From NCBI GenBank assembly GCA_964106645.2, contig OZ067038.1: DNA of 64,000 bases. One strand, 5' to 3'. This document shows positions 1 to 13,185 of the stretch, piece by piece (position 1 is the stretch's first letter; the number at the start of each line of letters is the position of its first letter). Both the position numbers and the translations under genes were made by a program. The notes beneath the pieces were generated by a model, which was given only the letters and a program-made list of their open reading frames with translations, did no database searches and was not told the DNA's origin. The DNA is from Podarcis pityusensis (lineage: Eukaryota).

Positions 1-1254
1 ACGACCTTTCCATTCCGTAGTTCAGGCAATGTTACTCCACAGTCCCATTTCTTAATCGACACTTCATAGACTCGGGTCTTATTTTCATCTACCTATTTCT
101 CCCAGAAGTTGCTCGGTCTTTATTCCTCACCACCACAAACAATTTTTCCCTTGTCTCCTCTTCCTTCAACCACCCTGTTGTCCCTCTTGAAAATGGTTTG
201 CTGTGTGAATTTGAAGAATAATGCAATGAACATGCATAGCGAGTTTCATCCATCTTAATTTCTAGGGAAGGGGTAGAATTGTTAACTGAAAATGCACAAG
301 CAGCAAAGAGAAAAGCTTCCTATATAAACTGGAAAATGTTAATATTACTATTCCAAAAAATCCTTTAACAATATTTTTTTTTTAAAGATAAAAAAGTGAT
401 TGCTTCCAAGATTTTCACATGAGAATTAAGCTGATATTTGCTGGTTGTGTTTTATTGTGCAAACGTCTTCTATGGGGTGGGTCTACCTGCTGTTAAACAC
501 AAAAATCTAAAGGTGTGAAGGAAGGAAATGAAGCAAAAATCATGGGAAGCCTCACTATTTGTCCTATACTGCCGCTGAGGTTTTTTTAATGACTGTGTTG
601 AATGAATATTATTTATTGTTGAAAAGGAGACCGGTGTTATTCTGGGCTTTGGGGTCTACAGCTAATGGCTCTCCAGCATAATGAAAGCATTTTGGCAAAG
701 GATTGCTTTTCTCCTTTTTCTGTTATGTTGTCATTTGTCCTTCTATTCACATTTCTGTCAGCACTATGTATACAAAAGCATTGTGTGGTAGGTGTTTCCC
801 GGCAAGTTCATTGCTATGCTTCCTTGGATACTTACTAAGCCTGCCAAAAAAATATGTGGCTTTTATGAAAGTAGGTGGGGTCAAATTCTTGTTGGAGGCT
901 CTCTCAGGAACGTAGTGTCTCATGAACTAGTTTTGATTTGTAGCTACTTTTTCTTCTTCTTAAGTAGTTTGGATGAAATGAGACATTACAGTGGCAGACC
1001 TGAAAGTGTCTGACTGAACCCATAGCCATAGAACTGAACCATTCTGCACCCCAAACTGTCTCCTCAGAAACTGCTTTGCCCCATCTGGTTTTATCCTGGT
1101 GGAGCTCTACAACCATATAAGTGCTGAGGATGCGATAGGAAACAAGGAAAAAACACATCACCACTAAGTAGTGGTTTAGGTGAGGGAGCTTACGTATTTT
1201 AACCATAAGGTGACCTCCAGAACTGTGTCCCAAAGAGTGGGATGGCAACAGAAA

Positions 1255-2110
1255 TTAGGCCATCCCTGTCCAGAAAACGACATAGCTGAGCCAATGGAAG
1301 GCACTCTGCAACACTGAGACCACCTGAGTCTCAAGTGACAGTGATCAATTCAGAAGCACCTTCAAGCTACATAGCTGCTCCTTCACAGGGAGTGTAAGCT
1401 CATCTGCAGCTGACCACCTTCCATCTATCCATTCTAGGGAACCACCCACTAACAGTGCCTCAGTCTTATCTGGATTGAGATTCAGTTTATTGGCTCTTAT
1501 CCAGTTCATTACTGAGGCACATGACACCCACTGCTGCACCTGCAGATGTAAAGGAGAAGTAGAGCTGTGTGTCATCAGTATATTGCTAAAATATTCTAAG
1601 ACTCTGGATGACCCCACTAAGCACCTTCGTGTAGCTGTTAAACCATACCCTGCAAATGTCCCAGAAAAACGGGAACATCCCCTTTTTTCTCAATAGAAGA
1701 CAGCAGCCATTTTGGGCACCATGATCTTGCGCCACAATTCCCCCCCCCAAAAAAGTGCTTTTTCAGGGTCACAATCTCTGACACTGTGCCCAAAACGTGC
1801 TTTTTCAGGGAAGAGAATGGCATCACAAGATCACGGTGCCCAAAATGGCCACCATACTTTCATGAGAAAAAATGGGAAGATGGCATCCCAGTGTGTTGGA
1901 AGATATGGTTAAACATGGAGAATAAAACTAAACCATGTGGAACCGCACGTGGAAGTTTCCATGGGGACAAACAACACCCCCAAGCATCACCCTCTGAAAA
2001 TGACTATCCAAATAGGACTGGAAACATCGCAAAGTGTTGCCATCTCCTGCCTCGGGACTCAGATAGCTGCTGATGACAGAAAGTGATGACAGTAATTGCC
2101 AGTAGATAAT
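1255..2110 (-). mobile_element. L2-clade LINE reverse-transcriptase remnant, interrupted by a MITE
   Basis: Minus-strand fragments FQSYLDSHFQRVMLG, QYTDDTQLY and WIRANKLNLNPDKTEALLVG are degenerate L2 RT motifs. Confidence 0.8.
1644..1907. mobile_element. Non-autonomous hAT-like DNA transposon (MITE) nested in L2
   Basis: Imperfect TIRs CATACCCTGCAA...TTGGAAGATATG; flanking direct repeat GTTAAAC; internal ~30-bp inverted repeat (~1706-1735 vs ~1818-1850). Confidence 0.7.
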
Positions 2111-3022
2111 GCCTATCTCTGTCTCCATTTTGTGACTGGTGGGCCTCAAGTGATTTTCATGCACCTCCAAGTTCAAGAACCCCACTTCTAGAGACCTGTG
2201 CCAGAATGAACAAATGATATCATCAGCCTGTGCAGACCTGGCTGCATGCAGATTGTACAAATCTTCCCCTGTTACTCAGCCACCTGTGCACAGGCCTCTC
2301 CTATTTTTCTCCCCAAGTTCAAAAGGTAACTTCGGGTTTATTCAAAAGACAGGAAAATTCATTTAGTCACTTTTCTTTAAAATTTACGCAGCCTAGATTT
2401 AAGCATTACTTACTTTTATCCTTTAATCCAACTGTCTGGAATTGTTTATGTAACTCCTCTTGTATAGCAAGGCAGGAATAGTTGAAATAAAAACAAAAAT
2501 GAATAAATTCTGGAAGACAGAAAGAGGCTATAATGATCATACAGGTGACCTCATTTTGCCCCCCTTATGGGTTGAATGACTAAACTGCCCAGAATTTGCC
2601 CGTTTAGAATATGGAAACCCAAAAGGTAGCCTCCACCCCCCCCCCCCGATATATGAATAGCCTTTCAGAGGTGTACACTTGGTGACTTCAATTGGCAGCA
2701 GAATGAGATAAGAAAATGCTGAAGTGGCAAAACAGACTGTACCCTTTTGAATTCTGTTTGTGTGAGATTTTTTAAAGTTCCTTTGTGTTTTAAAAAACTG
2801 TCTTCGGAGGTAGAAAACTAGCATTGCAGGCATAAGCAGGGCTGCCTTGAAGCTACTCTCCTTAGCATTTAATTTTTTTCAGGAAACTTCTTTTTTTAAT
2901 GTGGTGAAGCATGCAGAAGAATTATCCTCCACTAACAGTAGTGCAGTGCATTGCGCCACATCATCATTCTACCACCCACCACATTCTGCTAAATGTGTGG
3001 ATCCAGTCTGAAACTTGGTCTC

Positions 3023-3633
3023 TGTGGGAATGTTCAGGGAGGCAGGAGAGGATATATTGTTTATTAATATCCTTCCTAACTTGCGCTAGCAAGCTCTATA
3101 ACTTAGCAGAGTTTTACATTCCCCTTTTAAACGCACAGCAGATAGCTGGTTGCAGGCTTGTTTATGCCTCTCCATATTAGATTCCTGGTAAGTTCCCTTA
3201 TATCCCTCTTAAAAGAATAAACACGCCACAAACTTGTGTAAAGTATATAAAAGAAGTTTACTCACATCATCAGTTTACAGTTGGATCCCTGAAGGCAGGC
3301 TTAGTCACAAAGTATATACATGTGGATCTATCCCATATGGAGATAGTACTAGTGTCCTCTTTGGCTGAGAGCCAACAGAGCAATTCTAGCTAAAATCTAC
3401 TGTTCCAACAATGGAGGAAGTCAAAGAGAGAGAGAGAGTGCGCATGCCCTGTTCCTATTGTTACCTAGACAAGTAAGGTCACGCCCACCTCTAGTCACAT
3501 GCAAAGGAAGTATGTCCCAGCCAGGAGGAAACAGGAAGTTTTTGACTGGCTGGACCAAACATTCCCCCACATGTCCACTGTAGGAAAACAAGGAATGTTG
3601 TACTTGACTGCTACTTATGTATCACATCCCACA
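3023..3633 (-). mobile_element. Solo LTR (611 bp)
   Basis: Ends TGTGGGA...TCCCACA; perfect 5-bp TSD GTCTC (3018-3022, 3634-3638). Orientation is tentative, from a minus-strand AGTAAA near 3258. Confidence 0.8.
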
Positions 3634-4617
3634 GTCTCAAATTAAGCAAAATAAAGGTGGTAAAATCCTGAGGGCCATAGCATTTCAAGCTGCAGATGTA
3701 GATACGCTCTCAGATTAAAAACATGCACGCAACCCTAAAAACCTCCCTGCAAATTAAAAAACCCCCACTATCATATCAGGGAGAAAGTCAAGTTCACTTG
3801 GCAAGTTTTATCCATTCAGCAGGTGCTAGTATTCCTGCACATTTAATCAAATTACTTTAAAATGTTACCATTATTTGTTCCTTTTCCTATGTTAGTCAAT
3901 GCTTCCAACTTGCAAAACAAGAAAACAAGACTTTGATTTGACCTTCAGGCAACGTGGGTCCTGGTCCTGGTCAAAGTGGTCTAAAATGAAACAATCAACT
4001 ATCTGAATTCCTGAAGCAGGACCCAAATCAAATCTTGTTCTTTATGCATATCTTCCAGGCATATCTTCAAAAATCAAGACTCTTATCTCCACTTTCAGTA
4101 AAATAATTCAATAACTTTCCTGCACCCCCTTAGCTATGCCAGAGGTTCTGCTATAATTTAAGTCTCTGTGGAAATAGTAATAAAGCTTTTTATGTATGTA
4201 GCATATTTCATCTGAGGCGTTAAAGTGATTTATGAAAAATTATTAAGTTTCAAACTCTCTTTAGACCCTGGCCCAATAATTCTCAGAGACATTTATTACA
4301 TTGCTCAAGATCTCTGTGGTGAGGAATATTTCAGTGCTAACAAGTTTTTAGGGATATTCTTTTGCCATTCCAGACAGTATTCCCTTTGTCAATATTTTTA
4401 TAAAGGGGCTTTTTTCAGTTTCCTCCTGTTCCTTTTGACATTCATGTGGAAATCTGAGAGCTGTCAACAGAGCCCTACTCCCCTATATAAATCAGTGCTG
4501 TTCCTTTGTAACGAGGATTACACAGCAAATGCTGAAGGCACTTCAATGCCAGCAACCTCTGTATTAATGCTCATGGGTTCCAAGAATAAACTCAGGGGTG
4601 GAGCATGTCAGAAGGGA

Positions 4618-4621
<4 letters not shown>

Positions 4622-4649
<28 letters not shown>
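4622..4649. repeat. (AC)n microsatellite
   Basis: Direct reading. Confidence 0.95.
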
Positions 4650-4652
<3 letters not shown>

Positions 4653-4879
4653 TACTTGTGTAGAGCACTTCCACAGAAGGCAGAGTAGGCTCCATACTCC
4701 CCTCCTCTATTGTTTTCCCCTGTCTATTTTAGATTGTAAACCCCTTATCCACAGCATTCCCCCCTATCATTCAAGAATTTCTTTACCACTTAGGGCTTCA
4801 GCCCTTCCATTGTTTCTTAATGGATAGACTTCCTGTTCTGGCCACCAGAAAACATCTCAGTTCATAGCAGAAACCATCC

Positions 4880-5010
4880 ATTTCTTCCAACAAGCTCAAG
4901 GCGGTCTGCATGGTCCTTCCCCTCCCCATTTTACCCCCTCAACAACTATGTGATGTAGGTTAGGCTGACAACTAAGGACTTCCAGAGGGTCTCCTTAGTC
5001 AGTATTATTT
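4880..5010 (-). mobile_element. Degenerate tRNA/CORE-SINE (Squam3/MIR-like) fragment
   Basis: ctcaacaactatgtgatgtaggttaggctga is the reverse complement of the CORE-SINE body seen at 11326 and 50268. Confidence 0.55.
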
Positions 5011-5389
5011 GAACAGGTGCCTTCTGTTTCAACTTTAAAATGCCTACTGAAAACTCTTCTATTCCATCAGGTTTATGCGGGCAATTAGGAACAGATCTTT
5101 TCATAATAGCTAGCTGATTTATGATTTTAACATGTTATATGGTTTCCTATTGTACATAATTATTGTACACTGCTCTGCTATAGTTTATGAACAGCTGCAT
5201 ATAAATATTTTTATAAATAAAATAAATTAAAGTAGATCTTGGTTCTGGTTCTGGAGCAACATGCTGTTAATGAATTTTAATTGTCTACAAATCAAGGTCT
5301 ACAATTGTCTTCTTGGTTTTTTTCCTCCTCAGAGATCACCCCCTCATAAACTTAGGTGCTTTGGAAAGGGCCCTATCTGCACCCTTAGT

Positions 5390-5391
5390 GA

Positions 5392-5449
<58 letters not shown>
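5390..5449. repeat. (GAAA)n microsatellite
   Basis: Direct reading. Confidence 0.95.
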
Positions 5450-5450
<1 letters not shown>

Positions 5451-7290
5451 CTTTGTTTACACCTCTCTATGTGTATACTGGGGGGGATTTCCAGCAATTT
5501 TTCTTCCAAACATGTAATTCTTTGCAATGTAGCTTTTATAACCATCTTTTCTCTCTGCCTCATGTTGGAATAAGGACAAAATGTTACAAGGCAAGCTCTG
5601 CTCTCCATGTTAATTGCTCCGGTTAATTAGAGATATTATCATACTTGTAACCCCAAACTGACTCCCACAGGCAGCTAAAGACACACCTATATCAGTAAGC
5701 ACTACAAAAGGCAGAAACCTGCCTCAGGACGTTGGGGTAGAAAACAATGGAGTAATAAAATAAGAAGCGATAAGCAAATGCACTGGTGAACAATTTTGCT
5801 TTTATACTCCTTTAGATTTTTCTAAGTGTGAATATGGGAGTGGTAATGAAGATCACCAAAACTGAGATTAGCAGCAGAACATCAGACACACACAAAATAA
5901 TGCTTTAATAAACGGGTACAAAAAGGAGGGGAGCGCTGAAGCATTTTTATATGGGCCTCTCCTTTCTTCATTTGTTTAAGATGAATAGGTCTTATTTGTT
6001 TGGTTTCACGCTATAATTAACTAGGTGAGAAATCAAGATTAGTGTCATGTATACTTTAATATGCAATGCTTGAGACAGGAAGATTAAGAAATGCTCAGAA
6101 GCCCATATTTTGCTCCTGTTTACAGAAATATATCGATCTTTGATTTTTTGCTTTGTATCACGTGCTGCTCAGTTTAGATCAGTTGCTGTGTGCAAATAAT
6201 TTAAGGTTCTCTTGAGAAGGTGTCAGATAAAATTGACAAAAATATGCAAACTAGATGTACAAACTGAGCAATGAAATGACAAAGTCAAGCTTCTTGAAAT
6301 ACAAGTATTGATTGACTGATCATATTTCAACAACACAAAAGGTTGTTGACCAAAGGCTAGTAATCCTATGAATTGCTACACACTGGCCAATGTTAAGACC
6401 TGTCAGCTCCCAAAACCAAAATCAGGTGAGACCTCCTCATCAGAAGTTGACCTCAGTACACATTTTACCATGAAGCAGCTGGAATTAGAGCACCATGAAG
6501 GAGCTCCTACTCCAGGGAAACATCGTTATCCAGAAAACTTACAGAAGTAAGGAATCAAATGAAACCAACTGGGTGCACACACACCCCAGCTCTGGATCCC
6601 GTGATTACCACTCAATATTTCTTGGCCATGCTAGGCACCTCATTGCAATGCTGAGGAGAAAGAACCATGGTCTTGTCAGCATCAAGGTCTTACTATTTCC
6701 CCAGAAAGGGTGAGAGCAGCTAAGCCGGCCATAAAAACCATCAGGTCACAGCAGAACAGTCACACCTGCTCCTTGATCTGGCTGCCTCTTGGGCAGCTTC
6801 CCTGTAATTCAGTGCTTGGCCTTCTGACTTTGGGCATGGACTTGGCTGGTGCTGCTGGACAGCTCCCCTGTGGACTCCTATTGCATCTGCCAGGTCTTCA
6901 CAGAAGTTCTCTAGTTCCCTGGACTGCTCCTCTGACTCACCCAGAAAATGGAGCTCTGTATGGCCAGATGCAGCCACGTGGTAGCGCATGAAACCAGAAG
7001 ACAGCAAAGATACAAGCATAGAAGGTATGGGCAGGTCAGAGCAGTGCTACAGAAAGTAAGGGCATTCTAAAAGCTTGGGGAACTATGAGGCATATTCCTG
7101 CCTGCCTCGTACACAAGAAGTGTTCTTATCACTGTTTGCAAATGCAACCAGCCCTTCTGCATATAGCTAGGACACATTTTTAGAATTAAAAGTTTTCATA
7201 GGGCCCACAACAGGGTTTGAAGATATGGAAATGCATAAACAGGGTTTTCCATATATACAACTACTGGCAAGGACAGTCAATAGTGCTAGT

Positions 7291-7544
7291 TGTTAAGTAC
7301 TGAAGTTCTCACCCTGGGCCAGCAGGAGGATACTGTAGATAGTTTTCACTCAGGTCCACATATGCAAATAAGGGATTGAAAGTGACATTCAGTGATTGGA
7401 TAGTTACAGAAAGTGGTTACTGTTGTGTTGTAGTGGAGCGCTATATAAGCAGGCTGGCTGAACCATTCTGTTCTGGCCTGTGAATAAACAAGAACTGTCT
7501 GAAAAATCGCTGTGTCGTCTGATATGTTCACCCACAACTTAACA
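7291..7544 (+). mobile_element. Solo LTR (254 bp), Copia/BEL/Gypsy-like
   Basis: Ends TGTTAAG...CTTAACA; perfect 5-bp TSD CTAGT; TATA (tatataag 7442) followed by AATAAA (7483). Confidence 0.88.
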
Positions 7545-7934
7545 CTAGTGTCATCCTTTTTTTTTTTTTTTTTACTCTACAGATAGCAGTGATGAAAAAT
7601 AGCCATTCATGTTAACTTCTGCAGCACGAAGGAAGAAGCATGTGTTTCTCACACATGCCATTCACAAATGGAGGTTTAGATCCAAGCCCTTATTCACAGG
7701 GCTAAAGCACATATGCAGTCCTGTCACTGTTCATGAGGATCTATGAATTGGAGGTCAAGTACTTCCCCAAATGCAACCACTTATTGTATAGTAAATTATA
7801 TTGGTTTTATTCTCCGCCTCCTGCTATGTTCCCCCTATCTTTATTTTGGTTGTTTAGTGAGAGTGCTGAGCATTGTTTTAGAGCTTTCCCCCCTTAATTT
7901 CTTCATTCTCATATGCCATTGAATTATGTGTTCT

Positions 7935-7937
<3 letters not shown>

Positions 7938-7977
<40 letters not shown>
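7938..7977. repeat. (TA)n microsatellite
   Basis: Direct reading. Confidence 0.95.
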
Positions 7978-7982
<5 letters not shown>

Positions 7983-8599
7983 CCTGTTCGCTGTCAAAGA
8001 ACTACAGTCCTTACATTTTCCTAGACAGAGGGGGAATCCAGGGAGATGTATATAGAAGCAGCAGGCTTCCTATCTGCAACCCCTCATCTGATTTTTTATA
8101 TATACTTACAAAACGTTTTTCCTATTTAATGCATGCAATTAGTTGTAAACTATATCAAGCCTACATAATAAAAGAGGAAAGAAAATAAATACTCAGGTTT
8201 CATAGAGGAGGAAACACACAGAGAAAGACGGACAGACAGACCATATGAGGCTAGCATTTTCTGACTTCAAGCCTTAATCATGCCTAAGTACAATTTTCTC
8301 TCAAACAGGTGGCAAAGGCCCTGTCTGGCTCAAATCCTGCTTAAGTAATCACACGCAATAAAAATGTCCGTTGGATGGAGATACACATTCATCCTGTCCA
8401 CACTGAACTATGAATCTAGCCAGTTTATCAAGGCCTGCATGAGCATTGCAACACCATTACAGGAGGAGAAACTTATTTCCACATACTTATCTCCCTTGAT
8501 TGACACTGATGAAAATGCCTGCTGATTATAACAGAGCTGATTTTATCTGAAAGGTACATGAGGGTAAAGCTGTTTTAAAGTAGACATGTACCTCTATGG

Positions 8600-8736
8600 C
8601 AGGGGTGGCTAACCTGGGCCTTCCATATGCCACTGTGCTCCAAATCCCACCAGCCCCAGGCAGCAGGGCCCAAGAGCAGGGAAGACGGGAGCTCCCATTC
8701 AGCAACATTCAAAGGGGCATGGAAGGGCCGTCCCTG
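8600..8736. mobile_element. hAT-Charlie-like MITE
   Basis: Ends CAGGGG...CCCTG; perfect 8-bp TSD CTCTATGG; related copies near 9735, 38015, 48765 and 59590. Confidence 0.8.
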
Positions 8737-8860
8737 CTCTATGGGCTAGAGACATGAATCACACTAGAATGTAATCATTACCAAATAAAAACCCAGAGTG
8801 GCATTTTGCTTGTGTAAAGCCAATCCACAGAAACCCTAAAATGATCAATTGGAGTGAGCC

Positions 8861-9133
8861 CAGTGCTGGATTTACGTATAAGCTAAACATGCTATAGCTT
8901 AGGGCCCCACTCCCTTGCCCCCCCTCCAATTAAACTGGATGTACATTTCCAAAATATAAGATAAAAAACAAATAAAATAAAACTTACATACAGCAACAGT
9001 GTTTTGTATTGTGTAGGCTCCTATGATGTAAGTAATGGGCCCCACCTGCTAGCCTTCTCCCTAAAATATCACATATAAAGGGCTCCATTACCTTCAGTAG
9101 CTTAGGGTCTCATCAACCCTAAATTCGGCCCTG
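8861..9133. mobile_element. hAT (Tip100/MER45-like) non-autonomous element
   Basis: TIRs CAGTGCTGGATTTA...TAAATTCGGCCCTG; perfect 8-bp TSD AGTGAGCC. Confidence 0.85.
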
Positions 9134-9734
9134 AGTGAGCCCTATGGGTACCCCACACAGAAGGACCCATAGGCGGCAACTCCTAGGGGCCGAGGCAGTC
9201 TCTCCTCCCCCTCAATTTTCAGAGGGTGTTTGCCTCTGCCCCCTGGCACCTTGCGATGTTGTGCGTGTGACATTGCATTGGGGTTGGGGGTCCCCACTCT
9301 GGTAGAGAAGCCAATGCCTCTGGAAGGACCATAGTTAAGGCAGCATGTGAAGCTCCAGTGTCTGCCACAGGCAAATAGATTAGCTGGCAGGGCAACCTAG
9401 GGTTGAGCACTGGAGGGACGGGAATATCTAGCTCTCTTAAAGCAATTCTTGCATAACAAGTTCTTGTATTTCTTTGATGTATGCTATAATGAACTGTTTA
9501 CTATTATTATCATCACCACCACATGATAATATCACAGTCCTATCATAGACATTCTCATATTGCATGACTATAGCCTCCAAGTATCAAATGTCTAGAAAAA
9601 AAATGAAGTTCATCGAAAAATTAATCTCTTATTTTCTGAACTACAAATTGATTGCTCACTGCTAGCAATGCAAAAGCGGCTGCAGAAAAATGCTGTTCTT
9701 TTGCAAATTTTGTGTTATTCATAAGGAATAACTC

Positions 9735-9855
9735 TGGAGTACCTAATGTCCAGAAGTTGGCAACTACAAGTCCCATCATCCCTGACTGCCCACGCATGAA
9801 TGGAGCTGCTGGAAGTTGTAGTCCACAACATCTTACCACAATGGCCACCCTTGTA
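9735..9855. mobile_element. Degenerate hAT-Charlie-like MITE
   Basis: Palindromic core actacaagtcccatcatcc...ggaagttgtagtcc shared with other copies. Confidence 0.6.
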
Positions 9856-11325
9856 ATAGCTTGCGTGAGCTAAAGTTCAAGGGCATTGAATCAACACTAC
9901 ATGGTGTGTTGTTGTTGTTTTAATCTTTGTAGAATGTAAGAATATTCTCAGTAAGCTTTGCACTGGGTTTAGGAATATGAAAATAATGACAACTTCCTAC
10001 TTTTGGACTTTTTCAGCAGTACGTGGGGTTAGCAGCATTCCCTTGTGACTGTCAACAGTCCTGAACAGTTCTCTACCGATACAGAGGTGAGTCTTTGAAA
10101 ATGGAAAATGGATAGCTAAAGGCCTGTTAACAGTGGACAGCGCTAGTAATAAGACAAGTAGATTTGCCAATCAGCCCTTGCAACTTGTTGAAAACTCGAG
10201 TGGAAGATGCATCTCCCATCCCTAGCAGAGCAGAGGACAAAAGCTCTGCAGGCAGCGGCTCAGCGTGCGTTTGCTCTGTGCCCTCTGGACCAGCTGTAGG
10301 CGCCTGCTTAAGAATGCGTGTCAGTGGGCTACTGCCCCTTTGAGTGTGCTGGTTTTGTTATCTTATTACACGATTTTTAAGAGGACAAAGGCGATAGAGA
10401 TGACTGAAGGCTTTCGCAGTGTATCTGCGGTGACCTTTCTAATCTTCACCGTATTATGAAGACAGGAAGACAAAAGCAACCCCTCCTACTATTGTGACAA
10501 AGACCTGTGGGGAAGAAACCACAGGACCTACTGCACTGCAAAAGGTTTTGGAGCCCTGAAAGTCGAGGCAGGGTGGCGGGGGGAGAGTTAAATCTCTGAA
10601 ATATTTGTCCTGAGAAACAGCAAAAATGGTCGCTACCACCCACCACGGTGTTGCTTGCTTAGAACACATCTCAAAAACTTTGTCTTTTGACGTCCTACTT
10701 TAAAAAAGAACAACACAAAAGACTCTGTAGATATATAGGCCCAAATTTGGAGGCTTAATGTGTGTTGTCCTTTGCTACCTCAAATACAACATGACAGGTT
10801 TTATTTCCTGACATTTATCACTGTCTTCAGAAATCTGCACAAAGATTCAGACATGTTTCCTGCTGGCATGTTTGCAAGAAAGTAAGTGCATATTGCTTTT
10901 CTGCAAAATGAGCAGTCAGACTCGGTTATTTCAATGACTGAAATTTATAATGTGAGAGAAATGAACAAACTGAACAAATTCATTTAATTTTAAATCAAGT
11001 GTAAATAAACTGATCCTAAAGAACTAGATCAAGCACACTTGGAAGCTTCCACACAATTATGAATCCCGATAAGGCAGAGTCCCAGATGACAACGAGGCAG
11101 TAAACACAACATTTTATTCTGGAATCAATGGAGAAAGAGTACTTCTATCTTCTGTCTACACAGTCCACACACAACCTACATCTATTGGATATTCTCCCTT
11201 CCCCAAAAAGCACTTCTTGAGAAACTGGTTTCATTCTGAATATAAAAGCCTCATTGCACATTGATTCTGCATTACCCCTCACAGTGTGTCCTTTCAGAAA
11301 CAGATGAAAGCAGATCTGGGTGGTT

Positions 11326-11631
11326 GAGAGCCAGTGTGGTGTAGTGGTTAAGAGTAGTAGTCTTGCAGTCTGGGGAACCAGGTTCGTGTCTCCACTCCTC
11401 CACATGCAGCTGCTGGGTGACCTTGGGCTAGTCACACTTCTTTGAAGTCTCTCAGCCCCACTCACCTCACAGAGTGTTTGTTGTGGGGGAGGAAGGGAAA
11501 GGAGAATGTTAGCCGCTTTGAGACTCCTTAGGGTAGTGATAAAGCAGAATATCAAATCCAAACTCCTCCTCCTCCTCCTCCTCCTCCTCCTCCTCCTCCT
11601 CCTCCTCTTCTTCTTCTTCTTCTTCTTCTTC
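11326..11631 (+). mobile_element. Squam3-type tRNA/CORE SINE with (CTC)n(TTC)n tail
   Basis: tRNA-like head GAGAGCCAGTGTGGTGTAGTGGTTAAGAG...GGTTCG, CORE gggtgaccttgggctagtcac, and an L2-like 3' end with a trinucleotide tail. Confidence 0.85.
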
Positions 11632-13185
11632 TGACAACTGGAGGTAGGGGTTTATATACACCTGCCCAATGGCAGTGTGAGTAGGTGTATACCAAGACTG
11701 CAATCACCACTTCCTTCATTCACCTGGGGTATGTGCAGGGAGGAAAAAGCATGGGGAGCCTAGTCCACAGGCGGGTTTTCAAATGTGCATCAAATAACCC
11801 CAACCACCCTTGTGGATGGCAGGATCTAGAATCAATCTAGGTGCTCAGCTAGATTGGTAAAGATATTCCTTTTATATGTGTTGTATATGTGATATAACAC
11901 TGTGACACCAGATAGCTCTGTGGAGTCCCATCTTTCCCTACCAGATTTCCCTGAATGAGTTTACAACACATTTAACTGAATCGCTTCTTAGACGTTCCTA
12001 GATCCAGCCTAGATTGAAAGCAGCATGAAGAAGATGGTCATGAATAATTCTGGATTCACAAAAACTACATTTTGGGGGCTACAAATGGTTTAGTGTGTAC
12101 GCAGCCTGAGACTTCCAGCCACGTTAAGTCAAATGGACACTGGCACTCCCTTCAGATCTTCCTGATCAACACACAAATATCAAAGAGGAGCCCTCACACT
12201 AAGGGATGTTGGGGGCTGAGCTATTTTTTTTTAACAAGGACCAGGTGGCAAGATCCATGTGCATAATGCCTGTTTTTAAACAACTTCATTGGAACTTGTT
12301 CTGTTTTTGGCTCAGTTAAAATGCTGGTATTGATCTTTAAGCCCTACACCTCTTGATCATAGGGCAAAAACTTTTAATTTTATTTTCCCTGGTGTTTTAA
12401 GCTAGGTGTTTGTATTCTTTTTCTGTGTTCTGTGTCCAAGATATAACAGTTGTCAACAGCATTGTATTTCATTGTTTATTGTTGTAACCTGCACTGAGAA
12501 TACATCCTGGATTCTAGTCCCTTCCCATTATGGTCTGAAAATGTCAGTTTTAAAGAACATGAAACATGTCAGAGTGAAATATTACTTTAACTTCCTGGAT
12601 TGCATTCAGAGGTGACTTTTGCGAACCTTTTTTTTAAAATAATAATAATCACATTTTAAGACATGCGAATAAAGTACTGGTGGTGAATCTAGTGTTTTTC
12701 TTCTTTTAAAAATGAGGTGTTAATATATAAACTAGTTAAATGATAACCATGGAGACTGCAGAAATAATAGTAGATACATCTGACTGCCAGTGAATGAGAG
12801 AAAATCATGAAGAGGACATAAATTAAGAAAACAATGAAATATTTAAAATAGGAAGAAAATTGGGGCTATTGTCTATTATTTCTTGTCAGTGAGATATATT
12901 AAACCAGAAAAAAAGGTAGCCACCTCATCATCATCACTTTGGGTCTGGAAATTGGATTAGAAAAAGAAGACTTGGAAAATGGATAATTTAGAAAGCAATC
13001 TATCGTTGCTATAGAGCCAATTACTGCCATTCTTTTGAGAAACCGATCGAAGGAAATATTTCTCATTAGGATTCTTTTAGAGATTTGTAGTAATTAAAGC
13101 AATTTAAATTGTAGATTTTCTAAGAGAAACAATTTACTGTCTTTGGGAACTGAGCCCTTTCTCAAATAACTGTGAAATTAAGACA

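Noticed and set aside
4225-4827. 200-aa ORF
   Set aside because: Non-ATG start, includes an (AC)n microsatellite, and has no protein-like features.
5261-5626. ORFs with KERK repeats (and the poly-E ORF at 11509-11703)
   Set aside because: Translations of the (GAAA)n and (CTC/TTC)n microsatellites.
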